DNA of 42,048 bases from a virus. Its lineage: Duplodnaviria > Caudoviricetes. Each line of letters starts with the position of its first letter. Within the stretch, counting starts at the first letter, position 1. The stretch is from IMG/VR virus record IMGVR_UViG_3300011441_000020, positions 1 to 42,048 of that record. One strand, 5' to 3'. The notes under the pieces were generated by a model, which was not told the DNA's origin, searched no databases, and was given only the letters and a program-made list of their open reading frames with translations. A program made the position numbers and the translations under genes. Positions 8,221-16,134 of the stretch are shown piece by piece.

Positions 8221-8607
8221 ATGGGATTCAATCGAGTTCTTACACCAGACGACCTCAAGCGTGGAGATCTAGCAGAAGTAGGTTGGCATCCGATGGAAGT
8301 CATTGATTATAGTGATAAAGATGCTGATACTGATGGTTCTAACAACAGCGTATTCCAGTTTAAGATTATTGATGGTAATAGCAAGGGTGTTATTTGTCAG
8401 AAACTATTTAACGAGAAGGCTTTAGGCTTCGGTAAAGCTCTGTGGACTACGTTTGGTTTCCCTAAGGACGAACAGGGAAATATGGCGTTGTCTTCAGATC
8501 TTTTCCGTAAGACTATTGGCTTTAAACTCATGGGATATATTAAGCGTGGTAAATCCAATAAGGGTAATGAGTTCAATGATATTGTTGACTTCAAGCCGCT
8601 GACGTAG
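8221..8607 (+). CDS. Single-stranded DNA-binding protein (DUF669-like OB fold)
   Basis: GWHPMEVID, FQFKIIDG, NEFNDIVDFKP pattern; downstream of the Sak4-like gene; AAGGA RBS. Confidence 0.7.
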   Translation: MGFNRVLTPDDLKRGDLAEVGWHPMEVIDYSDKDADTDGSNNSVFQFKIIDGNSKGVICQKLFNEKALGFGKALWTTFGFPKDEQGNMALSSDLFRKTIGFKLMGYIKRGKSNKGNEFNDIVDFKPLT

Positions 8608-8613
8608 TAAATT

Positions 8614-8651
8614 TGCCGGCTATTCAAAACATCGAGTAGCCGGCATTTTTC
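8614..8651 (+). terminator. Rho-independent terminator
   Basis: TGCCGGCTA...TAGCCGGCA followed by a T run, just after the SSB stop. Confidence 0.8.
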
Positions 8652-8666
8652 TTGAATTGAGAGCCA

Positions 8667-8936
8667 ATGAGAGAACCCGTTAAGATTGATTGGATAGAGA
8701 AAGCAAAGGAGACTTTTAGATTTCATCGTTCTAAACTTCTATCCAATAACAAGTGGACGTTGACCTTAACGGCTAAGTCTCTTAAACGTTCAGTTGGTTC
8801 TGTTAGTGAAGATATTATGATAGCTAGATGGTTAAGAACTCACGAGGAACAACTAGAGAAGTATGATACAGCTTATGAAGCATTAGCGTTTATTCGAGAT
8901 AAGAAGAAGACTCAAGATCTAGAGGCAGAAATATGA
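8667..8936 (+). CDS. HTH-containing protein resembling the ParB HTH region
   Basis: WTLTLTAKSLKRSVGSVSEDIMIA. Confidence 0.6.
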   Translation: MREPVKIDWIEKAKETFRFHRSKLLSNNKWTLTLTAKSLKRSVGSVSEDIMIARWLRTHEEQLEKYDTAYEALAFIRDKKKTQDLEAEI

Positions 8937-9127
8937 TTCCAGAAAATACTACTTGTCCAGTTTGTATTCATATCAGAGAAGGCTGTGATGAAACTTGTAG
9001 TAGCTGTACAGATTGTTATGTTAAAACTGGTGATACCAAATGTGATCAAAAATGTGAACATGCTAAACATGAAGATGATGGTGGATTCTTTATTGATGGT
9101 AACCATCCAGATGCGATGTTTGGCTAA
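8933..9127 (+). CDS. Small Cys-rich metal-binding protein
   Basis: 8 Cys and 4 His in 64 aa (CPVC, CDETCSSCTDC, CDQKC). Confidence 0.65.
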   Translation: MIPENTTCPVCIHIREGCDETCSSCTDCYVKTGDTKCDQKCEHAKHEDDGGFFIDGNHPDAMFG

Positions 9128-9279
9128 TGCCAAGTCATCCTGATGAAGTAAAGCCAAACTATTTTGATTGGTGGAGTATTCCATTTTTTGAGTGGCATGT
9201 TCATGTTGATTATAATACGAATATATGGACAGTTCTACGGTATGGTAAACTTGTATTAAAAGATACTTTTGATGCCTAA
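9127..9279 (+). CDS. Small Trp-rich hypothetical protein (MPSHPDEV...)
   Basis: 50-aa ORF; TAATG overlap. Confidence 0.5.
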   Translation: MPSHPDEVKPNYFDWWSIPFFEWHVHVDYNTNIWTVLRYGKLVLKDTFDA

Positions 9280-11758
9280 CTACATTCCAGGAATAGGTTC
9301 AGTCTCTCCTAAATTAATGATTATAGGAGAAGCTCCAGGTAAATATGAAGATGAACAAGGAGTTCCATTTGTAGGACCAACAGGTCAAATGTTAAATGAT
9401 TGGTTATTCAAAGCTGGAATTAATAGATCTGATTGTTACATCACTAACGTTGTCAAGTTTAGACCTCCTTTGAATGATCTCAAAAAACTACATCTAATTG
9501 GCGTTGACATTGGTCAACAGATGCAGGAGTTGTGGGATAATGAAATTAACAAACTTCATCCTAACTGCATTCTTGCTGTCGGAGACTTGGCCTTACAGGC
9601 TTGCTGCGATGTTTCTGGCATCCTTAACTATCGTGGTTCTATTCTTACTGCTAGAGATGGTCATACTAAAGTAGTTCCAACTATTCATCCAGCAGCTTTA
9701 TTTAATAGAAGTAGTAGTGAAGGAGATGATAAAGAACAAAAGGGAGGATTATCTTGGACCTGGACTAAGATAATTGAAGCAGATATTTTCCGAGCAGTTG
9801 AGGAATCACAAACTAAAACTCTAGTTCTTCCACAAAGAACATTATCAATAGCTCATAATTCACTCGATCTCCACAGATTCTTTCGAGAATATGAAAAACT
9901 CGACCTCGCAGCGAGTGATATTGAGTCCATTAATTGTGTTCCTGTGTGTATTGGTTTTGCTTTTAATAAGCATCATGCAATCTCAGTTCCGCTTCTCCGT
10001 TCTATTGGCACTAATAAACTTACTGATATGGGTGATAATGAACTTGATGAAGTCTGGAGATTGATTGATGGACAACTCAGAAGATTACGTCTCATCGGCC
10101 ACAATTTTAAATATGATGAATTCAAACTTGGACTTATTGGATTCGAGTGCCCTAAAGTATATTCAGATACTCTTATTAAGACCAGAGTCATCTTCCCGGA
10201 ACTTCCAGATAAAAGCCTACATACTGTATCAAGTATCTGGACACGCGAGCCATTCTATAAAGATGATGGAAAAGAATTCAAACTTGGAAAATCAAAAATA
10301 GATCAACTTCTTATCTACAATGGACGTGATTGTGCTGTAGAGTTTGAGGTTGATGAAGCTCAAGAAGTAGATTTACGAGAGTTAGCAGAACGTTTCAACG
10401 TTCCTCTCGTTGATTATTATTATAATTATATGATGAAGAAACATAAACTATATTTGAAATTAGAAACTACAGGTAAAGTAGTTGATATAGCTAGACAAAA
10501 AGAACTCAAAGTTAAATATACAGCTATGCAGGAGACTGTACATGAGAAATTAATTAAAGCTATCGGCCAAGATGTTAATGTTAAATCCTATCCACAAGTA
10601 TTTGAACTTCTCTATAAGATTATGAAGTTTAAGATGCGAAAGAGAGATCCAACTTCTGAAGACACAATTGTTTCATTACTAGGAAGTTGCAAAGACAAAG
10701 TGAAGAAGGAGATTCTAAATGACCTCCTTGAAGAACGAAGAATTAGAGACCAAAAATCAAGACAAATATCTTTCTGCCCGGATTACGATGGGCGGTGTAA
10801 ATCTGCTTATAATATTTCCGCTACAGAAACTTGTAGAAGTTCAACTGGAATACTTAAGAAACCTCTCAGACCAAAAAAGATTGGACTTGCAGATCACACC
10901 ATTTCTACACATGGAAGACTTGGAAAAGATATTAAATCCATGTTCCTCGCAGATAAGGGAAAAGTTATTATCCAAGTTGATTCTAGTCAGGCAGAGCCTA
11001 GAGTCGTTGCTGTATTAAGTGAAGATTGGGAATTACTTGAAGCATTTAAAAATAACATAGATATTCATCGTAGGACAGCCGGATTGATATTTGGCTATAC
11101 ACAACGGCTAGAACTCTCTGCTAACTTCAAACATCCTATTGTAGACTTTCTTCCTAAAGATGGTCCTGAAAGATACACTGGTAAAACTACACGTAACGCA
11201 GGTAATTATGATGTTAAGAAACATACATTCATGACTAGCTTTAATACTAATGCACAGAAATATGAAATTCCTATGGATATATCTGAATGGAGAGCTGGTC
11301 AAATGTTAGAGATATTTCATACAGCTAGTCCAAAGATTAGAGGCGTGTTTCATGCACAGATCAAAGAAGCAATTGATACAACTCGTGTTCTTATTGACCC
11401 TATGGGTGGTGTACGGATATTTAATGGGCGTATGGATGATTCTTTATATGGCGAAGCATATGCCAACATTCCTCAAAGAACAGTTGCTCATGTCGTGCAA
11501 GGGGCTGCTATAAAAATAGATGAAGAATTAAATGGTGATACTGAAGTCCTCTGGGCAGAAGAAAAGCATGATGCTCTCTATCTTCAAGTTCCAGAAAACA
11601 ATTGGGAGGTGTATGCAAGACTTATGAAGAAACATATGGAAGTTCCAGTAGATTTTAGTATTTACTGTACACTCAAACGAGATTACAAATTAGTTATTCC
11701 TTGTTCTGTTGAGATTAGTCACACTAATTATGCTAGTTTTGAGAAAGTGAAATTATGA
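9272..11758 (+). CDS. polA: Family A DNA polymerase with N-terminal uracil-DNA glycosylase (family 4-like) and 3'-5' exonuclease domains
   Basis: UDG: GEAPG, PFVGPTG, ITNVVK-x-RPP, HPAA. Exo: DIES, HNFKYD, YNGRD. Pol: A DSSQAEPR, B RYTGKTTRNAGNY, C KHD. Confidence 0.93.
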   Translation: MPNYIPGIGSVSPKLMIIGEAPGKYEDEQGVPFVGPTGQMLNDWLFKAGINRSDCYITNVVKFRPPLNDLKKLHLIGVDIGQQMQELWDNEINKLHPNCILAVGDLALQACCDVSGILNYRGSILTARDGHTKVVPTIHPAALFNRSSSEGDDKEQKGGLSWTWTKIIEADIFRAVEESQTKTLVLPQRTLSIAHNSLDLHRFFREYEKLDLAASDIESINCVPVCIGFAFNKHHAISVPLLRSIGTNKLTDMGDNELDEVWRLIDGQLRRLRLIGHNFKYDEFKLGLIGFECPKVYSDTLIKTRVIFPELPDKSLHTVSSIWTREPFYKDDGKEFKLGKSKIDQLLIYNGRDCAVEFEVDEAQEVDLRELAERFNVPLVDYYYNYMMKKHKLYLKLETTGKVVDIARQKELKVKYTAMQETVHEKLIKAIGQDVNVKSYPQVFELLYKIMKFKMRKRDPTSEDTIVSLLGSCKDKVKKEILNDLLEERRIRDQKSRQISFCPDYDGRCKSAYNISATETCRSSTGILKKPLRPKKIGLADHTISTHGRLGKDIKSMFLADKGKVIIQVDSSQAEPRVVAVLSEDWELLEAFKNNIDIHRRTAGLIFGYTQRLELSANFKHPIVDFLPKDGPERYTGKTTRNAGNYDVKKHTFMTSFNTNAQKYEIPMDISEWRAGQMLEIFHTASPKIRGVFHAQIKEAIDTTRVLIDPMGGVRIFNGRMDDSLYGEAYANIPQRTVAHVVQGAAIKIDEELNGDTEVLWAEEKHDALYLQVPENNWEVYARLMKKHMEVPVDFSIYCTLKRDYKLVIPCSVEISHTNYASFEKVKL

Positions 11759-11928
11759 CATATCAAATTACATTCAATGGTAGTAAAGGATTTCATCAAA
11801 TTACAATCAAATGTAGAAATATTAAAGAACTTTTATATGAAATAGAAAAATTAAGTTATAATTTTGGAGAGCCATTTGATATGATTTATCTTGTTGATGG
11901 AAGGGGAAATTCTGATGCTGTCAGATAA
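11755..11928 (+). CDS. Small hypothetical protein (MTYQITFNG...)
   Basis: 57 aa; ATGA overlap with the polA stop. Confidence 0.5.
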   Translation: MTYQITFNGSKGFHQITIKCRNIKELLYEIEKLSYNFGEPFDMIYLVDGRGNSDAVR

Positions 11929-12097
11929 TGGAATCACAATTCTTGATTCTTCTATGAGAAAAAATGAAATCAGAATACTTAAATCACATGTTGAAGTATT
12001 AGGATTTACAATAGATAATAGAACAGGTCATCATCTCTATATTGAACCAGACTACGATGAACTTGGTAAAGTAATAAGAATAAGGATCATGAAATGA
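11915..12097 (+). CDS. Hypothetical protein, paralog of 5975..6160
   Basis: GITILDSSMRKNE...TGHHLYIE; AAGGGG RBS before ATG 11915. Confidence 0.75.
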   Translation: MLSDNGITILDSSMRKNEIRILKSHVEVLGFTIDNRTGHHLYIEPDYDELGKVIRIRIMK

Positions 12098-12327
12098 CAG
12101 CCGAACAGCTTCGTCAGTTCTTCAATGATACACTTGGTAATTATAACAAGTCTTGGCCTGAAACTTACGAAGTAGATGCAGAAACGTATTCTAATATTTG
12201 CCAATTCATTTTTACTAGTAAAAGTTTTAGACATGGAACTCAACATGTAGTTCAACTATCATTAGGAAAGAATAATGGTGTAATGTATAAGGGAGTCGAA
12301 CTCCTTCTCAAGAAGGAAAAAGAATGA
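12094..12327 (+). CDS. Hypothetical protein
   Basis: 77 aa, translationally coupled. Confidence 0.65.
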   Translation: MTAEQLRQFFNDTLGNYNKSWPETYEVDAETYSNICQFIFTSKSFRHGTQHVVQLSLGKNNGVMYKGVELLLKKEKE

Positions 12328-12536
12328 CTATAAATAGTCGAGCAAGAGTTGAATTAACATTAGAAATTTATATTAGAGATAATTGGTCATCTGATGCAAC
12401 AGTAGAGCAAATTTATAAGCAGGCTGCTGAGAGTGCTAAAGTTAAATTATATGAGTTATTTAGAAATATAGAAAATAGAATTAATGGTATTGGAGAAATT
12501 AAAGTAACAATGATTTTGGTTGATGAGAAGAGATGA
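12324..12536 (+). CDS. Hypothetical protein
   Basis: 70 aa, translationally coupled. Confidence 0.65.
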   Translation: MTINSRARVELTLEIYIRDNWSSDATVEQIYKQAAESAKVKLYELFRNIENRINGIGEIKVTMILVDEKR

Positions 12537-12763
12537 CTAAAATCTGCATCATAGCCGGAAACTACCAAGAAGCTCTAGCTTTTGCTAAAGCTCAAAATAT
12601 TCCTAAAGGATGCTGGTTCTATCCTAAAGATGTTAATGAACTTCTATTCACATCCAACTTCTATACTATTGTGACAGGAACGGCTGGTCATAACATTCCT
12701 CCTAGTATATTTGAGAAAATATATAACCTAGCACTAGAACGGGGAAAGATTGGAAGAATCTAA
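12533..12763 (+). CDS. Hypothetical protein
   Basis: 76 aa, translationally coupled. Confidence 0.65.
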   Translation: MTKICIIAGNYQEALAFAKAQNIPKGCWFYPKDVNELLFTSNFYTIVTGTAGHNIPPSIFEKIYNLALERGKIGRI

Positions 12764-12917
12764 TATTACAATAGACTTAAATAAAACTGAACTTTATCTC
12801 ATTATTCAATCACTAGGAGCTAGTCAACCACCAATTGATTTAGAGAATATACAATTTAAATTATATCATAAACTCAAGTTTAAGTTAACTACGATAAATT
12901 TGAATGAATTCAAGTGA
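12750..12917 (+). CDS. Small hypothetical protein (TTG start)
   Basis: 55-aa ORF; GGGGA upstream; GTGA overlap with the next gene. Confidence 0.45.
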   Translation: MEESNITIDLNKTELYLIIQSLGASQPPIDLENIQFKLYHKLKFKLTTINLNEFK

Positions 12918-14158
12918 GCGAATCTTGGGTCAAAGACTTAATTGAAGAAAATCAGAGTGTAGAAACTCCTACAAGTTGGTTGTATTGGAGTTTAATGTTT
13001 TGTATCAGTTCAGCAGCCGCAAATGCCTACACGCTTCGCACGCTTAAAGGGAACCTTTTATACTATCCCAATCTTTACATTATTCTTATGGGTGAGTCGG
13101 GTCTGGGTAAAGGTTATCCAGTTAATCTCGCTAAGCGATTATTACAGGCGGCAGATATTACTAGAGTTATTGCTGGACGTAGTTCAATACAAGCTATCAT
13201 TAAAGAAGCAGCAACAACGAGATCAGTAGCAGGAAAAGCAGTAATAACAGATTCAAGAATAGCTATTATAAATGGTGAGCTATCAACGGCTATTATTCAA
13301 GACCCTGACTCATTAACTATTTTAACTGACTTATATGATAGAAATTACAATCCAAACTGGACAAATCTTTTAAAGGGTGATGGTGCAGAAAAACTCAAAG
13401 ACCCATATTTTACTTGTTTGTTTGGTTCTAGCCCCGCTCATTTTTATGATAGTATTCCTCAACCTAATATTGAAGGTGGCTACATTGGTAGAAACTTGGT
13501 TATTTATGAAGAGAAAAGATCGAAAGATGTTGATTTACTTGACTCAGAAGAGGAATCAGTTGATGAAGATCATTTTACAAATTACATAATTCCTAAATAT
13601 GTTCCGCACTTAGTTAAAATAGCAAAGAATAAAGCAAGATTAATACCATCTGAAGCAGCTAGAAAAATATTTAATAGTTGGAGAAAAGAGTGGAGAGATA
13701 CACAGGCCCAATATAATGATAGGACTGGTTTCGTAAATAGAGTTCCAGATCATGTATTAAAAGTAGCAATGTGTTTATCCCTTGCTAGTTATACTGATTT
13801 TGGTATTATAACTGGAGAAGATATTAAAGAAGCAATAGAGAAGATAACATCACTAATCTATGCAAGTCAGAAAGCTGCTGAAGGTGGAGGATTAGATCCT
13901 CTAGCTGCACAGACTAAAAGAATTGTTGATATTCTCATTTCAGCTCCTGAGAATCAAATAACTAGAAAGGAGCTTTTAGTTCGTGGATATGGAGATTATG
14001 ATAGTATGGTTTTAGATAAGATCATAGATACATTAATGGAAATGGGATGGATAAAGCGTCAGAAATTAGGTATTGGAAGTAATATGGATTGGCTCTTAAT
14101 ACTTAGTGGAGAACCAAAGGAGTCTCTAATGAGATTCAGAGTTCAGAGGAGAGTCTGA
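12914..14158 (+). CDS. P-loop helicase (DUF3987/YfjI-like primase-associated type) with C-terminal winged helix
   Basis: YPNLYIILMGESGLGKG (Walker A), NGEL (degenerate Walker B), LTDLYD, GGYIGR. Confidence 0.8.
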   Translation: MSESWVKDLIEENQSVETPTSWLYWSLMFCISSAAANAYTLRTLKGNLLYYPNLYIILMGESGLGKGYPVNLAKRLLQAADITRVIAGRSSIQAIIKEAATTRSVAGKAVITDSRIAIINGELSTAIIQDPDSLTILTDLYDRNYNPNWTNLLKGDGAEKLKDPYFTCLFGSSPAHFYDSIPQPNIEGGYIGRNLVIYEEKRSKDVDLLDSEEESVDEDHFTNYIIPKYVPHLVKIAKNKARLIPSEAARKIFNSWRKEWRDTQAQYNDRTGFVNRVPDHVLKVAMCLSLASYTDFGIITGEDIKEAIEKITSLIYASQKAAEGGGLDPLAAQTKRIVDILISAPENQITRKELLVRGYGDYDSMVLDKIIDTLMEMGWIKRQKLGIGSNMDWLLILSGEPKESLMRFRVQRRV

Positions 14159-14356
14159 TGAACAATTACACACTCACTCAAAAGATGAAAGAACAGTTAG
14201 ATAAGACATTTACATATCATCCACCCAAGGATGATCAACCTGTTAGCAATAGATATTATACAGAATACTCCACCTTCTAGAGAACAATCATTAGCTATTA
14301 CTCATCTTGAAGAAGCTATCTTTTATGCAAACGCAGCAATTGCTAGAAACGAGTAA
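14158..14356 (+). pseudogene. Acb2/Tad1-like helical-hairpin anti-defence sponge, frameshifted by an internal deletion
   Basis: First frame MNNYTLTQKMKEQLDKTFTYHPPKDDQP; next frame LAIDIIQNTPPSREQSLAITHLEEAIFYANAAIARNE*; junction GTTAG 14242-14246. Confidence 0.75.
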
Positions 14357-14359
14357 GAG

Positions 14360-15466
14360 ATGACATTCAAAACAACAGTTAAAGATGCAACAACTCGTCA
14401 GCCTATTCCATTATGTATAGTAGAAGGTAATAATCAGAATAATGGTAATGGATTTGTGCGTGGAACTGATGGTGAAGGATATGCTGATGTTGACATGAAA
14501 GATTCACCAATTGGTGATGATGTTACATTAACAGTACAACATCCTGAGTATGGTAATTTTGTAGGTTATTATAAGATTACAGAAGATAATCAAATACTTA
14601 GTATTGAATTAAATCCTAATTTTAGTCGTCCCTCTAAAGATACTGTCCGCTCCTTTAGAGGGTCATTTGGCGGATTAATCATTCCTGAACTTGAATATTC
14701 AATTAATGATTCTAAAATTTTATTCACTCCAGGATATGTAGTTGAATCAGATAGTGTTAGAGATAGGATTTGTAAAACCTATCGTGATGCTGGATTGACA
14801 CACTTTCCAATTAATCTTTACAACGACTCACCTATTTATCATGATTTTTATCCACCTTGGGATGACCTTTTAATTAATATGTATTTAACTGAATTACTAG
14901 AAACTGGATTAATTCCAGTAGGTTCAATGTTTTCTGATAATTCTAAAATTGTCAAACCAGTAGTTGACCCTAAGTTAGTTCCGGCTGGATTTACCGGATG
15001 GGAGAATCCATGGCCTATTATTAGACCTGCACAAGATTCTGATAATCTCTTTTATGTAGCTAGACAATATTTTGGACCTGACTGTTTAATTTATTGGCAT
15101 AATCCGAATGGTCAGGGTGCTCCTTATTATAATGCTGTTGATTGGGGATATCCTCCTGGAACTGAATTGAATGCTATTGTATGGAATTATATTGTTAAAC
15201 AATCAGGTTGTCAAGGATTGCTATTTCAATCTAAGGGATGGAATGAACCAGGATATAATGGAGTACAAACTTCAATAGATCGCCTTAGAGATTTTGTTCC
15301 TAGATTTAAACATGGTATTAACGGCTGGCCTCTTTGTGACTTGAATGACTTTGAGGAAACTGTTTACTATATGACTACTATGAATGGTAATCATGCTTTA
15401 GGTATGAAGTGGGCACAGGAAATTAGAAATTCTGTTCTTGAATTGAATGGATATTGTAACGGATGA
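14360..15466 (+). CDS. Two-domain protein: N-terminal transthyretin-like beta-sandwich plus putative TIM-barrel glycoside-hydrolase-like domain
   Basis: VKDATTRQPI...TDGEG...LTVQHPEY (prealbumin-like); aromatic-rich alpha/beta region with GWE and DFEE acids. Confidence 0.5.
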   Translation: MTFKTTVKDATTRQPIPLCIVEGNNQNNGNGFVRGTDGEGYADVDMKDSPIGDDVTLTVQHPEYGNFVGYYKITEDNQILSIELNPNFSRPSKDTVRSFRGSFGGLIIPELEYSINDSKILFTPGYVVESDSVRDRICKTYRDAGLTHFPINLYNDSPIYHDFYPPWDDLLINMYLTELLETGLIPVGSMFSDNSKIVKPVVDPKLVPAGFTGWENPWPIIRPAQDSDNLFYVARQYFGPDCLIYWHNPNGQGAPYYNAVDWGYPPGTELNAIVWNYIVKQSGCQGLLFQSKGWNEPGYNGVQTSIDRLRDFVPRFKHGINGWPLCDLNDFEETVYYMTTMNGNHALGMKWAQEIRNSVLELNGYCNG

Positions 15467-15666
15467 AGAAAGAACGAAGATTCATTACAATTAATGAAGC
15501 TGCTGAGATATGTGGAGTGTCTCGTAGAACTGTACATAATTGGATACAAGAAGGATTTCTAGGTGAAATTGTAAGAACTCCAAGTGGAACACCAAGAATA
15601 GATAGAATGATTTTACTAACCAAACATAATCGTAGACAAAAATATAAGGAAAATCTTGGATTATAA
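15463..15666 (+). CDS. Excisionase-like (HTH_17/MerR-type) DNA-binding protein
   Basis: ITINEAAEICGVSRRTVHNWIQEG...RTPSG-x-PRI. Confidence 0.85.
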   Translation: MKKERRFITINEAAEICGVSRRTVHNWIQEGFLGEIVRTPSGTPRIDRMILLTKHNRRQKYKENLGL

Positions 15667-15844
15667 CGAGAATACTATGTCTCGTGAACTTTATTGCTTT
15701 AAATGTAAAAAATGGTTTATTCGTAACAAACCAATACCTAACTGTGATATATGTTTTAGCATACTAATAACTTGTATATATAGTATTATTACAGGTGAAC
15801 GTATTACTGGAAATGAAAAGTTTAAACTAGAACTGATAGATTAA
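15656..15844 (+). CDS. Small Zn-ribbon protein
   Basis: CFKC...CDIC. Confidence 0.55.
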   Translation: MDYNENTMSRELYCFKCKKWFIRNKPIPNCDICFSILITCIYSIITGERITGNEKFKLELID

Positions 15845-15850
15845 AAGAAT

Positions 15851-15934
15851 GCCGGGATGGTGAAATAGGCAAACACACAGGACTTAAAATCCTGCGGTCG
15901 AAAGACCTTGAGAGTTCAATTCTCTCTCCCGGCA
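15851..15934 (+). tRNA. trnL: tRNA-Leu (anticodon UAA), type II with long variable arm, no encoded CCA
   Basis: Acceptor GCCGGGA/TCCCGGC+A; anticodon arm CAGGA-CTTAAAA-TCCTG; variable arm GGTC-GAAA-GACC; T arm GAGAG-TTCAATT-CTCTC. Confidence 0.95.
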
Positions 15935-15951
15935 CTAATGAGGAGAAAAAA

Positions 15952-16134
15952 ATGGGAACAGAACACAGAGGATTTGGATCACCAAACTTTGATAAAGACA
16001 AACAAAGAGAAATAGCTGCAAAGGGAGGTAGAGCAGTTCACAAAAAAGGAACTGCTCATGAGTGGAATAAAAAAGAAGCTGCTGAAGCTGGAAGAAAGGG
16101 TGGATCTTCTACTAAAGGTAGGTGGAGAGAGTAA
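15952..16134 (+). CDS. KGG-motif general stress protein (YciG/Con-10/GsiB-like)
   Basis: RGFGS...QREIAAKGG...AHEW...EAAEAGRKGG; GAGGAG RBS. Confidence 0.88.
   Translation: MGTEHRGFGSPNFDKDKQREIAAKGGRAVHKKGTAHEWNKKEAAEAGRKGGSSTKGRWRE

Noticed and set aside
9140-9165. CTGATGA hammerhead ribozyme core
   Set aside because: No stem II followed by GAAA; lies inside a plausible 50-aa ORF.
9272-11758. Intein or intron in polA (also checked terL and helicases)
   Set aside because: Lengths are explained by known domains; no intein or homing-endonuclease motifs or frame breaks seen.
15463-15934. Integration module (xis plus tRNA as attP/attL)
   Set aside because: No integrase in the window, no duplicated tRNA 3' end, and phage genes lie on both sides; cannot be excluded for missing sequence.
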